From positions 20,591 through 84,590 of the forward strand of contig BTVY01000032.1 of the NCBI GenBank assembly GCA_045863335.1: DNA of 64,000 bases, read 5' to 3'. The notes beneath the pieces are model-generated. The model saw only the letters and a program-made list of their open reading frames with translations. It searched no databases and was not told where the DNA came from. This DNA comes from Candidatus Hydrogenedentota bacterium. GTDB lineage: Bacteria > Hydrogenedentota > Hydrogenedentia > Hydrogenedentales > SLHB01. Both the position numbers and the translations under genes were made by a program. Each line of letters opens with the position of its first letter. Positions within the stretch are counted from its first letter, which is position 1. Positions 27,812 through 35,603 of this stretch are shown in pieces.

Positions 27812-29419
27812 ATGAATGGAGCCGACACGCTCGCCGGGCGACAGCAATCCTCAACCACTTCGGAAGTTCCCATGCGTTGGGCCGCGTCCTTCGCGCTGGG
27901 GTGCATCGTGTTTATCTCGGGTGGCGCGGTGATGATCTATGAGTTCCTCGCGGTCCGCATCCTTCAACGCTTCGTCGGCGGCACCCTCGACGTCTGGGGC
28001 GCTGAGATCTCCATTTGCCTCGCCGGTCTAGCGCTCGGCTATTCACTCGGCGGCTATATCGCCGACCGGACCCGGGCCTGGTATCCCCTGGGCATCGTGC
28101 TCATCATCGCGGGCGCGACGGCCGTATTCATGGAGCCGCTGGCGTTTCTTGTCGACGAGTATCTGCCGAAATCCGGCGAGATGGTCGCATGGTGGGAGCC
28201 TTTGTTCTACGCCGGCGTGTGTACGTTCATTCCGCTACTTGCGTTGGGGACCGTCATGCCGCAGGCCATTCGCCTCGCCGTGTCGAGCCTGGAACGTGTG
28301 GGCTCCAGCGCGGGCTGGGTCGCTACTGTCTCCACGTCGGGGAGTATCTGCGGCGCGCTCCTGGCCGCCATGACTTTCATCCCCTGGGGGGTTCGCGAAT
28401 CCATCTATGCGACCTCGGCGGTGCTGGCTCTTACCGGCCTCGCGATTATCGTCGTGGCGGGTATTCGCCGCGGTCGTCTCACATCCGCGGCATTGTTTCT
28501 GGCCCTGGTTCCCGCAGCGCATGCGGAAACCATATTCGAGAATTACAGCGCGTACCATCACATCCTCGTGCGCGACGAGGGCAACGAACGTCAGCTCCTC
28601 TTCGACGACTCGGCACAGACGACCATGGACCTCCGCGATCCTTATGCGGGCGGTTTTGAATACACCGAGTACTTTCATCTGCCTATGGTGTTGGACCCCA
28701 CCATCGACCGCGTGTTGTTTGTCGGCTTGGGCGGGGGCACGGGGCCCAAGGTGTTCTTGCGTCACTATCCCGACGTGAAAATCGAGGCCGTCGAAATCGA
28801 TCCGGAAGTCGTGAAGGTCGCCAAGCGCTTTTTTGAAGTGCCCGAAGACCCGCGGCTCCGCATCGTGACGACCGACGGCCGCACCTTCCTGCAGCGGACC
28901 CGCACGGTCTACGGCGCGATCGTGATGGACGCCTACGGTTCCGGCCCGAACGGTGCCTATCTGCCGTACCATCTTGCGACCATTGAGTTCTTCCGCACGG
29001 CCTACGAGCACATCGAAAACGGCGGCAGCCTCGTCTACAACATCATGGGCACCTACGGCGGCCAGAACGACGACATCGTCCGCGGCATCCTCGCGACCCT
29101 GGAACAGGTGTTCCAGCAGGTCTACGTGTTCGAGGCGAAATCCAGCTACAACACCGTCTTTGTCGCGCAGAAGATCGTTGAGGCCGCCCTCGCCGAGAAC
29201 CGCACCCGCGACGGCACGCCCTGGCCGAAGGGGCCCTGGCTCGCCCACCCCGCGGATTTCGCGCAACTCGTCACCCAACTCGAGCAGCAGGGCCAGTACA
29301 TCCCGCCGAATTTCGCCCAGCGGCTGACGCAAGTTTCCGACGTGCTCGCCGCGCCCCGCACTGGCACCGTCTACACCGACAATAACGCGCCCGTGGACCT
29401 TGCTCCCGATCGGCGGTAG
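27812..29419 (+). CDS. Fused membrane domain / spermidine synthase-like SAM-dependent transferase
   Basis: FISGGAVMIYE, GYSLGGYIADR, VLFVGLGGG, VEIDPEVVKVAKRFF, DGRTFL, IVMDAY, YTDNNAPVD. Confidence 0.9.
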   Translation: MNGADTLAGRQQSSTTSEVPMRWAASFALGCIVFISGGAVMIYEFLAVRILQRFVGGTLDVWGAEISICLAGLALGYSLGGYIADRTRAWYPLGIVLIIAGATAVFMEPLAFLVDEYLPKSGEMVAWWEPLFYAGVCTFIPLLALGTVMPQAIRLAVSSLERVGSSAGWVATVSTSGSICGALLAAMTFIPWGVRESIYATSAVLALTGLAIIVVAGIRRGRLTSAALFLALVPAAHAETIFENYSAYHHILVRDEGNERQLLFDDSAQTTMDLRDPYAGGFEYTEYFHLPMVLDPTIDRVLFVGLGGGTGPKVFLRHYPDVKIEAVEIDPEVVKVAKRFFEVPEDPRLRIVTTDGRTFLQRTRTVYGAIVMDAYGSGPNGAYLPYHLATIEFFRTAYEHIENGGSLVYNIMGTYGGQNDDIVRGILATLEQVFQQVYVFEAKSSYNTVFVAQKIVEAALAENRTRDGTPWPKGPWLAHPADFAQLVTQLEQQGQYIPPNFAQRLTQVSDVLAAPRTGTVYTDNNAPVDLAPDRR

Positions 29420-29436
29420 GTGCGGCGCCGTACCGA

Positions 29437-29468
29437 ATGATGAATGCGGAGTGATGAATGATGAATGG
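29437..29468. repeat. Short heptamer-like tandem repeat (ATGAATG)n
   Basis: aatgatgaatgcggagtgatgaatgatgaatg in an intergenic gap. Confidence 0.6.
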
Positions 29469-29514
29469 GCGCTGGTTTCCGTGTCCCTGCGATCAGAATT
29501 AAGAGGATATTACT

Positions 29515-31035
29515 ATGCGCATTGGTGTTGCAGTGGCCTTGGTGGTAATCGGCGCGACTTGGGCGATGGCCGATACCGAGGTCGTCGTGAATGTGGATCG
29601 CGGCGAAGATAGGGGGCAGAACTTTGGATCCCTTTTCGAGGCGCGAACGACCGACGGGAAATTCGTCGTGGGCGCCGGATTTGCCGGAGCCTACAACACG
29701 CGGTTCCGGCACGACCGGCACACGGCGCACTTCTTCGTGCGTCCGACGGATGCAACGCGCGATCTCAAAGTCACGCGGACATCCCGGCCCAACGACCTCG
29801 CGGGCACCTATCTCTTCGATTTCGAGGGGCAGGTGTACGCCGCCGATCCCGACCTGCGCGTCTGGCGCGAATCGGATGCGACCTGGCAGCCGAGCCCCGA
29901 CCGCAGCCGCGTGGACACGCGCGTCGGGCGGCACCTGTTGTCCTTTGACGGCAGCACGGTGATTCTCGACGGCGAGACCGTGCTCGAAGCGCCTGCCGAA
30001 GGCAACTACACCGGATTCTATTATGCGCAGGGCTATCTTGTTTTCTACCACATCCATCGTCCCGGCGACGGTGGGTACCGCGACTACACGACTGACGCGG
30101 AAGGCTACTCCAAGCTGATCGCCTGTCCGTGGAAACCCGGTGACGGGCCGGTCGATCTCGCGAAAGCGACGGTCGAGACGGTTCCGGTGGTCGGAGAGTT
30201 TCCCTACGCCTACGGCCAGCTTGGCGATCAGGTAATCTCCTGTTCCAACATCGGCGGCGTCTACGCGCTGCGCGATGGCCAATGGCGCACGCTGGTCGAA
30301 GGGAGCATGGAGTACAGCTACCAGGTCTACGCGGGCTTCACGTATTACGACCAACTCCTGCTCGGGCAATATCCCAGCGGCGATCTGTTTTCTTTCGACG
30401 GCGAAACGGTGACGCAGATCGAGGGTTGGCCACCGGTGATGGACGGCGTCAGCACGAGTTCGCGCGAGGCGCAGACCATCGTGGTTTATGGCGGCGACCT
30501 CTATGTGGGCGTGTGGCCCTGGGGCGAAGTGTGGCGGTACCAGCGCGACACCGATACGTGGACCCTCGCCCGGCGCATGTTCACTCACCCCGAACCGACC
30601 AACGCGACGTTGCACCCCTATGAGGACGAAACCCGCGCGTTGGGCGGCGTGGCCAACCAGTGGGGCCAACGCGTGACCAGCATGGTCCCAGTGAACGATA
30701 CCCTGTTCGTTTCCACGTCGGCCAAGTGGCCCTGCGAGTGGGAGCCGAAGTTCGGCTACCTCGGCAGCGAAGCCTGGAAAGAGTACGGCACCGTCACCCA
30801 CCTGCGCGTCCCCGGCCACCTCAGCGCGCCCGTGGCTTGGACCGACGGCGCGACCGAACTGCGGTTCACCATCACCGGCGATGACCTCCGCATCGCGCAG
30901 GACGGCAAAGACCTCGGCGCCGCGAAGCTCGACGGTCTATCCGTCGGCCCCCTCGCCGAACCGACCTGGGGCAACGGCGTCTATGGCGTCTTCACGGGGA
31001 CTAGCGTGACGGGGACCTTGAGCGGGACGGAGTAA
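29515..31035 (+). CDS. Secreted hypothetical protein, probable beta-propeller
   Basis: Signal peptide (TWAMA-D); blade-like strands (YGGDLYVGVWPWGEVWRY, YDQLLLGQYPSGDLFSF). Confidence 0.7.
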   Translation: MRIGVAVALVVIGATWAMADTEVVVNVDRGEDRGQNFGSLFEARTTDGKFVVGAGFAGAYNTRFRHDRHTAHFFVRPTDATRDLKVTRTSRPNDLAGTYLFDFEGQVYAADPDLRVWRESDATWQPSPDRSRVDTRVGRHLLSFDGSTVILDGETVLEAPAEGNYTGFYYAQGYLVFYHIHRPGDGGYRDYTTDAEGYSKLIACPWKPGDGPVDLAKATVETVPVVGEFPYAYGQLGDQVISCSNIGGVYALRDGQWRTLVEGSMEYSYQVYAGFTYYDQLLLGQYPSGDLFSFDGETVTQIEGWPPVMDGVSTSSREAQTIVVYGGDLYVGVWPWGEVWRYQRDTDTWTLARRMFTHPEPTNATLHPYEDETRALGGVANQWGQRVTSMVPVNDTLFVSTSAKWPCEWEPKFGYLGSEAWKEYGTVTHLRVPGHLSAPVAWTDGATELRFTITGDDLRIAQDGKDLGAAKLDGLSVGPLAEPTWGNGVYGVFTGTSVTGTLSGTE

Positions 31036-31055
31036 CCGGGGGGGCGACTTTGCCC

Positions 31056-31128
31056 CAGCGCGGCAACCAAATCCGAAATTCGAAGCACGAAATCCGAAAC
31101 AAATCCCAATGCTCCAAATCCGAAAAAC
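31056..31128 (+). repeat. Dispersed heptamer-based element (gcaaccaaatccgaaattcgaagcacgaaatccgaaacaaat...)
   Basis: Related inverted copies at about 48812-48886 and 41770-41795. Confidence 0.75.
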
Positions 31129-31200
31129 AATCATGGGGATTCCTTAGGTAACAGTGCCTTGGCTCCGTCGGCAGTGACTGCTCGGAAATGTGGAAGTGGC

Positions 31201-31283
31201 GTTTTGCCGCGAAGGAACGCAAAGTACGCGAGAGAAAGAACGTCGCGGCCTTTTGCGGTCTTTGCGTTCTTTTGTGGCTGAGA
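31201..31283 (+). repeat. ~85-bp imperfect palindrome, copy 1
   Basis: gccgcgaaggaacgcaaag...ctttgcgttcttttgtggc; three further copies in the same orientation. Confidence 0.9.
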
Positions 31284-31354
31284 GGCGCCAACGAAGACGG
31301 CGGAATACCGCGTAATGCGTGGTCTGTCCCGAAAGGCGCTTGGTAAGTCTCGTT

Positions 31355-31552
31355 TCAATCTTCTTCAATGGTGCTGAGGATCTGCTTGACCATTTTGGGG
31401 TGAAGATCCTTGCCGGCGTGAAAGGGGACAACGCAACGCCGTGAACCCTTGCGGTAGATGCGGTGGCTGCCGCGAGTGCGGACCAGTTCGAAGCCGGCTT
31501 TGAGGAGTACGGCTTCCGCCTCCGGCGCGGTGAGTCTGGGAGCCTTTGGCAC
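31355..31552 (-). CDS. hicA: HicA family toxin
   Basis: LLKAGFELVRTRGSHRIYRK...VVPFHAGKDL. Confidence 0.92.
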   Translation of the reverse strand: MPKAPRLTAPEAEAVLLKAGFELVRTRGSHRIYRKGSRRCVVPFHAGKDLHPKMVKQILSTIEED

Positions 31553-31555
31553 GCG

Positions 31556-31771
31556 CTACACCTCAACGGCGACGGTAATGACTTCCTTGCTGAGATAGGC
31601 CGACCGCTCTTCAACATCGAGCGTTTCCAAATACAACTGGGCCGCTTCGCGCGCGTTGGCCAAGGCTTCCTCGAAGGTGTCTCCCTGCGTGTGGCAGCCC
31701 GGCAGGTCGGGACAGTACGCGAAGTAGCCGTGGTCGTCGCGTTCGATCACGACATTTACCTTTGTGGACAT
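31556..31771 (-). CDS. hicB: HicB family antitoxin (short, no DNA-binding domain)
   Basis: GYFAYCPDLPGCHTQGDTFEEALANAREAAQLYLE. Confidence 0.92.
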   Translation of the reverse strand: MSTKVNVVIERDDHGYFAYCPDLPGCHTQGDTFEEALANAREAAQLYLETLDVEERSAYLSKEVITVAVEV

Positions 31772-31851
31772 TTGTGGGTTCCTCGTTCATGTGCTGCGGA
31801 TCGCGTAATCTCATTGAAGTATACCTGACTCCCGGGAATCCTGGAAATACC

Positions 31852-32195
31852 GTTTTGCCGCGAAGGAACGCAAAAGAACGCGAGAGAAAGAATGTCGTGT
31901 CCTTTTTGCGGTCTTTGCGTTCTCTTGTGGCTGAGATGTTGGATTCTCTGTATCGGGTAGAGCCGTGAAGACCCCCCTCTAGCTCCCCCCGTGGACGGGG
32001 GGGAGAATTTTTGCTCTCTTTGTGGCAACGATTGAGCTGGCAGCCCGCGGTAAATGACCTGTAGCGCCCGGTTTCCATGCCGGGCGTAACTTGGAGATAC
32101 AGATTTCCGGGTAAAACCACGCCCGCCATGGAAGGCGGGACGCTACAAATTGCCACGTTTGGAGTTTTGCCATGGGCTGCTGGATGCTCGATATG
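31852..32195 (+). repeat. 344-bp composite duplicated segment, copy A (palindrome copy 2 at 31852-31936, G/C-tract hairpin, GTAG-REP doublet at 32061-32146)
   Basis: Near-identical to 33917-34260. Confidence 0.93.
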
Positions 32196-32220
32196 GGAAA
32201 TCCGGGACGCAGGGATCTTA

Positions 32221-32260
32221 CTCCCTCCCCGTCCACGGGGAGGGGTGGGGAGGGGGTCTT
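32221..32260. repeat. G/C-tract hairpin; inverted partner of 31968-32005
   Basis: ctccctccccgtccacggggaggggtggggagggggtctt is approximately the reverse complement of aagacccccctctagctccccccgtggacgggggggag. Confidence 0.75.
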
Positions 32261-32410
32261 CGATCCCAAATCGCCGCTGTTGGTTTGCGTTGGTTTTGCG
32301 TAAGAACATACGGGGTAGCAGGTTGTTCTCGAACCGCGTCGGGCGAGAGAGCGATATCGACATCTGGGGGTGTACCCTCTCTTTTTTGACGATTCAAGGG
32401 GGGGTGATCC

Positions 32411-32444
32411 CGATTGCGGATTGTCGATTGCGGATCGCGGATTG
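32411..32444. repeat. Heptamer tandem repeat (GATTGCG-like)
   Basis: cgattgcggattgtcgattgcggatcgcggattg. Confidence 0.65.
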
Positions 32445-32542
32445 ATTTTGGTTGGTATGCGTGGTGTTCATGGGCGGAGTACTCCCTATGGATATTGCGC
32501 GGGGTGTTGCACTGCCATCGACTGGTATGCCGGTGAAAACCG

Positions 32543-32857
32543 TCATTTGTCCTGTTCGCGCTCTTGTAGCAAGTGCCGTCGCAGGAGCCGCTCGGAACGC
32601 ATGATGTGGAGAATGTACACGTCGTGCTTCTCGACCCGGTAGAAGATCCGGCAAGGCGCGACGACGATCTCTCGATAGTGTGTCCGTGTCAGTTCGGGCG
32701 GCCGCTTGCCGGATTTCGGATGGGGGCGGAGCCGCTCCACCTTGCCAAACACTTTCGCGACGAAACGTGACGCGGCCTGGGGGTTGTCCAGGGCAATGTA
32801 CTCGGCGATTTCGTCCAGATCAGCCAGCGCGGGCTCGGTCCAGATCAGGCGAGCCAT
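32543..32857 (-). CDS. RelE/ParE family toxin
   Basis: MARLIWTEPALADLDEIAEYIALDNPQAA...YREIVVAPCRIFYRV. Confidence 0.92.
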   Translation of the reverse strand: MARLIWTEPALADLDEIAEYIALDNPQAASRFVAKVFGKVERLRPHPKSGKRPPELTRTHYREIVVAPCRIFYRVEKHDVYILHIMRSERLLRRHLLQEREQDK

Positions 32858-33102
32858 TTCTTCATCTTGTCTCGGGCTTCGGCGTGGGAGAAGGTGCGCC
32901 CTTCGAGGATGGCGCGCTCCCCGCGCGCAATTCCCTCGAGGATCTGGAGCCGGTGTTGCATGAACTCATAGGAGTCCACATCGACCAGGTAGGCCGCGGG
33001 TTTGCCGTGTTCCGTGATGAGAACCGGCTCCCCGGAGTCACGGAGATCAGCGAGGAGGCGCGTCGCCTGCCGCTTCAGCGTGGTAACGAGTTCGGTCTTC
33101 AT
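32845..33102 (-). CDS. Phd/YefM family antitoxin
   Basis: VTTLKRQATRLL...EPVLITEHGKPAAYLVDV; start at MKTELV; overlaps the toxin gene. Confidence 0.92.
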   Translation of the reverse strand: MKTELVTTLKRQATRLLADLRDSGEPVLITEHGKPAAYLVDVDSYEFMQHRLQILEGIARGERAILEGRTFSHAEARDKMKKWLA

Positions 33103-33108
33103 AAACAA

Positions 33109-33137
33109 ATGATACTTTAGTGATACTTTTGCGTCAA
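33109..33137 (-). promoter_or_regulatory. Sigma70 promoter with a direct-repeat operator; leaderless phd-parE mRNA
   Basis: Minus strand TTGACG-N17-TATCAT, 6 nt before the ATG; AAAGTATCA occurs twice across the spacer and -10. Confidence 0.75.
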
Positions 33138-33155
33138 GCATCCACGATGTGAAGC

Positions 33156-33217
33156 GTTTTGCCGCGAAGGAACGCAGAGAACGCGAGAGAATGAATGTCG
33201 GGGCCTTTTTCGGCTGA
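33156..33217 (+). repeat. ~85-bp palindrome, copy 3 (right arm internally deleted)
   Basis: gttttgccgcgaaggaacgcagagaacgcgagagaatgaatgtcggggcctttttcggctga. Confidence 0.85.
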
Positions 33218-33328
33218 ATAGCGTTATGGCCACAATCGAGGAGTGTTCCCCGGGAAAGAGATTCGGTACTGGGAAGAATATGATATCCTTTGTAGTGAGG
33301 AATTTAGAGCGAGCGAGCCAGGAGATCG

Positions 33329-33568
33329 ATGATGCCTATGACGGTGAAACAACTCGAAGCTGAAGCGCTGCAGTTGCCGGAACAGGCGCGGGCGGAATTG
33401 CTGGGGCGGCTGATGCGCAGCCTCGTGGATACGCCTTCAATGGATCGGGACGTGCTGGACGCCTGGGCAGAGGAGGCGGTCCGTCGCGATGAAGAGATGG
33501 ATTCGGGCTCGGTCGTTGGGATCCCTGCGGACGAGGTCTTTGCCGAACTGAGAAACCGGGAGAAATGA
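33329..33568 (+). CDS. Addiction module antitoxin component (TIGR02574-like)
   Basis: LEAEALQLPEQARAELLGRLMRSL...AWAEEAVRRDEEMDSGSVVGIPADEVF; AGGAG RBS. Confidence 0.88.
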   Translation: MMPMTVKQLEAEALQLPEQARAELLGRLMRSLVDTPSMDRDVLDAWAEEAVRRDEEMDSGSVVGIPADEVFAELRNREK

Positions 33569-33861
33569 CGAGGGCTATCTTCCATCCCGCCGCGCGCCGG
33601 GAACTCGAAGAGACGGTCGATCGTTACGATACGGAAGAGCAAGGATTAGGAAGAGAATTCCGCGAGGAAGTTCAGCGCGTGCTTGAACTCCTGGTCCTGT
33701 TTCCCCGGCTCGGGCAGCCCGTTCGTGGGAACATACGGCGGGCGGTGTTATCGCGCTTCCCCTACCAAGATTACTACCGGCTCCTGGACTCAGGGGACCT
33801 CCGCGTTCTGGCGGTGGCGCACCACCGTCGCAAGCCCGAGTATTGGGTTGCCCGGCAATAG
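33565..33861 (+). CDS. RelE/ParE family toxin
   Basis: FHPAARRELEE...YDTEEQGLGREF...RFPY...VLAVAHHRRKPEYW; 4-bp overlap with the antitoxin gene. Confidence 0.9.
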   Translation: MTRAIFHPAARRELEETVDRYDTEEQGLGREFREEVQRVLELLVLFPRLGQPVRGNIRRAVLSRFPYQDYYRLLDSGDLRVLAVAHHRRKPEYWVARQ

Positions 33862-33876
33862 CGCCTGGGATTGCGG

Positions 33877-33910
33877 CATTCACTTTGGTGGACATTTGCG
33901 GTACTCGTTC
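33877..33910 (-). pseudogene. 5' remnant of a second hicB copy (MSTKVN plus leader)
   Basis: cattcactttggtggacatttgcggtactcgttc matches catttacctttgtggacatttgtgggttcctcgttc at the hicB start. Confidence 0.7.
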
Positions 33911-33916
33911 GGTCGC

Positions 33917-34260
33917 GTTATGCCGCGAAGGAACGCAAAGAACGCAAGAGATAGAACGTCGTGTCATTTTTGCGGTCTTTGCGTTCTTTCGTGGCTGGGA
34001 TGTTGGGTTCTCTTTGTCTGGTAGAGCCGGGAAGACCCCCCCCCTCTAGCTCCCCCCGTGGACGGGGGGGAGAATTTTTGCTCTCTTTGTGGCAACGATT
34101 GAGCTGGCAGCCCGCGGTAAATGACCTGTAGCGCCCGGTTTCCATGCCGGGCGTAACTTGGAGATACAGATTTCCGGGTAAAACCACGCCCGCCATGGAA
34201 GGCGGGACGCTACAAATTGCCACGTTTGGAGTTTTGCCATGGTGCTGGATGCTCGATATG
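33917..34260 (+). repeat. 344-bp composite duplicated segment, copy B (palindrome copy 4 at 33917-34000, GTAG-REP doublet at 34128-34213)
   Basis: Near-identical to 31852-32195. Confidence 0.93.
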
Positions 34261-34293
34261 CTCGACGCGCGTGTGTCTGGGAGCGAAATTCGC

Positions 34294-34386
34294 ATCGCGT
34301 CATCCTGAGCGATTAGCGAAGGATCTCTTGGGAATCGACGCACAACTGACTAGAGATCCTTCGCTAATCGCTCAGGATGACGCGAT
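34294..34386. repeat. Perfect 35-bp inverted repeat with a 23-nt loop
   Basis: atcgcgtcatcctgagcgattagcgaaggatctct / agagatccttcgctaatcgctcaggatgacgcgat. Confidence 0.92.
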
Positions 34387-34414
34387 ATCCGTATGACTTG
34401 TGAGTTTGTTTAGG

Positions 34415-34525
34415 ACGATCCTGGAGCAAGAAACGCATCACGGGAAGCTCTCGTTCCGGGACGAACTGCGCAGGCTCTTTCGCAAACTCGGGATCGCGTG
34501 GGATGAACGGTATGTTTGGGATTGA
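34415..34525 (+). pseudogene. C-terminal remnant of an IS200/IS605-type (Y1 HUH) transposase
   Basis: Translates as TILEQETHHGKLSFRDELRRLFRKLGIAWDERYVWD*, matching the typical 'NQEEHH..SFQDE...DERYVWD' ending. No 5' part present. Confidence 0.8.
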
Positions 34526-34605
34526 GGCCGCAACCTCTTCGGGGTAGTTCCTGGGAGCGTGTACGGAAAGAGGCGATCCCACGATTAAACCGGCATCGGT
34601 CAAAA

Positions 34606-34677
34606 GTAGCGCAGGCGTCCCCGCCTGCATTCTTACGGGTTTTGTCTTAGGTTTGCAGGCGGGGACGCCAGCGCTAC
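34606..34677. repeat. GTAG-type REP doublet (REPIN-like)
   Basis: gtagcgcaggcgtccccgcctgca ... tgcaggcggggacgccagcgctac in inverted orientation. Confidence 0.85.
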
Positions 34678-34723
34678 ATCTGCTACGCTTGCCGAACCCC
34701 CCTTCCGTAGACGCTCGATGATA

Positions 34724-34822
34724 CGCCGTCGTTTCCCCAGGTAGCGCGGCGGCCTCGTATCGACATCGCCGGGCAACCACGCCACGGCGTGGCTGAGAGC
34801 CCAATGTCCCGTTGGGACACAA
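34724..34822 (+). repeat. 99-bp multi-hairpin direct repeat, copy 1
   Basis: Matches 35149-35247; both copies are followed shortly by cgtcatcc(t/c)cgcgc(a/g)cgcgggga. Confidence 0.9.
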
Positions 34823-34903
34823 ATCCGAAGCGGAGCTGCAACCTGCAACCTGCAACCCGCACGTCATCCTCGCGCACGCGGGGACCGCAATCAAAATCGC
34901 CCC

Positions 34904-34932
34904 TTGCGCAAAACAGGGAGTTCCGATACTCT
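34904..34932 (+). promoter_or_regulatory. Sigma70-like promoter preceding a structured non-coding segment
   Basis: TTGCGC-N17-TACTCT followed by the hairpin ccgcccggtgtccc-tg-gggactgggcgg. Confidence 0.45.
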
Positions 34933-35148
34933 ACTAGGGGTTTCCGCCGCCCGGTGTCCCTGGGGACTGGGCGGAATGGCTTCGTGTGGAGAACGCCCCT
35001 ATGCCGTCGACCAGACCCGCCACGCCGCCTAATTCACCGCCCGGCAACCGACTACTCATCGCCCCAAGATTGCCTAACCGACGGAACGGCAAACCGCCCG
35101 CTTTGCCTCTTGACTTATACCTATCATGGATGTCCCCATTTATTCCCC

Positions 35149-35247
35149 CGCCGTCGTTTCCCCAGGTAGCGCGGCGGCGTCTTGTCGACACCGCCCCGCA
35201 ACCACGCCATGGCGTGGCTGAGCGCCCAATGTCCCGTTGGGACACAA
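35149..35247 (+). repeat. 99-bp multi-hairpin direct repeat, copy 2
   Basis: Matches 34724-34822. Confidence 0.9.
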
Positions 35248-35360
35248 GAATTTGGTGGAGTCGCAATTCCGTCATCCCCGCGCGCGCGGGGACTGAATTC
35301 ATGCCCCTCCATTTCTTAGTTCGTAGGCTGTATATCCCTGACTATTACCAAGTTTTGTCG

Positions 35361-35389
35361 TTGACGGCGCGGAGGCGTACTGCTAGACT
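35361..35389 (+). promoter_or_regulatory. Sigma70 promoter; leaderless antitoxin-mazF mRNA
   Basis: TTGACG-N17-TAGACT, 7 nt before the ATG at 35397; no SD sequence. Confidence 0.7.
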
Positions 35390-35396
35390 GCATCGT

Positions 35397-35603
35397 ATGC
35401 GTAGGACAATCGAAGCCAAGGTAGATGAGAACGGAAATATTCGCACGACGGAGCCCGTTGCGCTGCCGCCGGGAGCTCGCGTTCTCGTTACGATTTTGGA
35501 AATGGAGGACAGCGAGACCGCGTCGTTGAGCGAAGCGGCGCTTGCAGCCGACTGGGAGCGTCCCGAGGAAGAGGCCGCGTGGTCCCACTTGAACCAGGGC
35601 TAG
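35397..35603 (+). CDS. Antitoxin (AbrB/DUF104-like) of the MazF toxin
   Basis: MRRTIEAKVDENGNI...LSEAALAADWERPEEEAAWSHL; real 3' part of the 34986 ORF. Confidence 0.82.
   Translation: MRRTIEAKVDENGNIRTTEPVALPPGARVLVTILEMEDSETASLSEAALAADWERPEEEAAWSHLNQG

Noticed and set aside
31611-32445. ORFs of 90-250 aa across the repeat scaffold (also 33918-34894 and the 5' part of 34986-35603)
   Set aside because: They are translations of palindromic or duplicated non-coding elements; the same peptides recur in both copies of the duplication.
31201-34000. Repeats as a CRISPR array or canonical integron attC sites
   Set aside because: The units are ~85 bp with gene-sized, irregular spacing and there are no cas genes. 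There are no paired RYYYAAC/GTTRRRY ends and no intI. The GCTGAATAGCGTTATGG at ~33213 resembles an attC end but has the wrong spacing and no left half.
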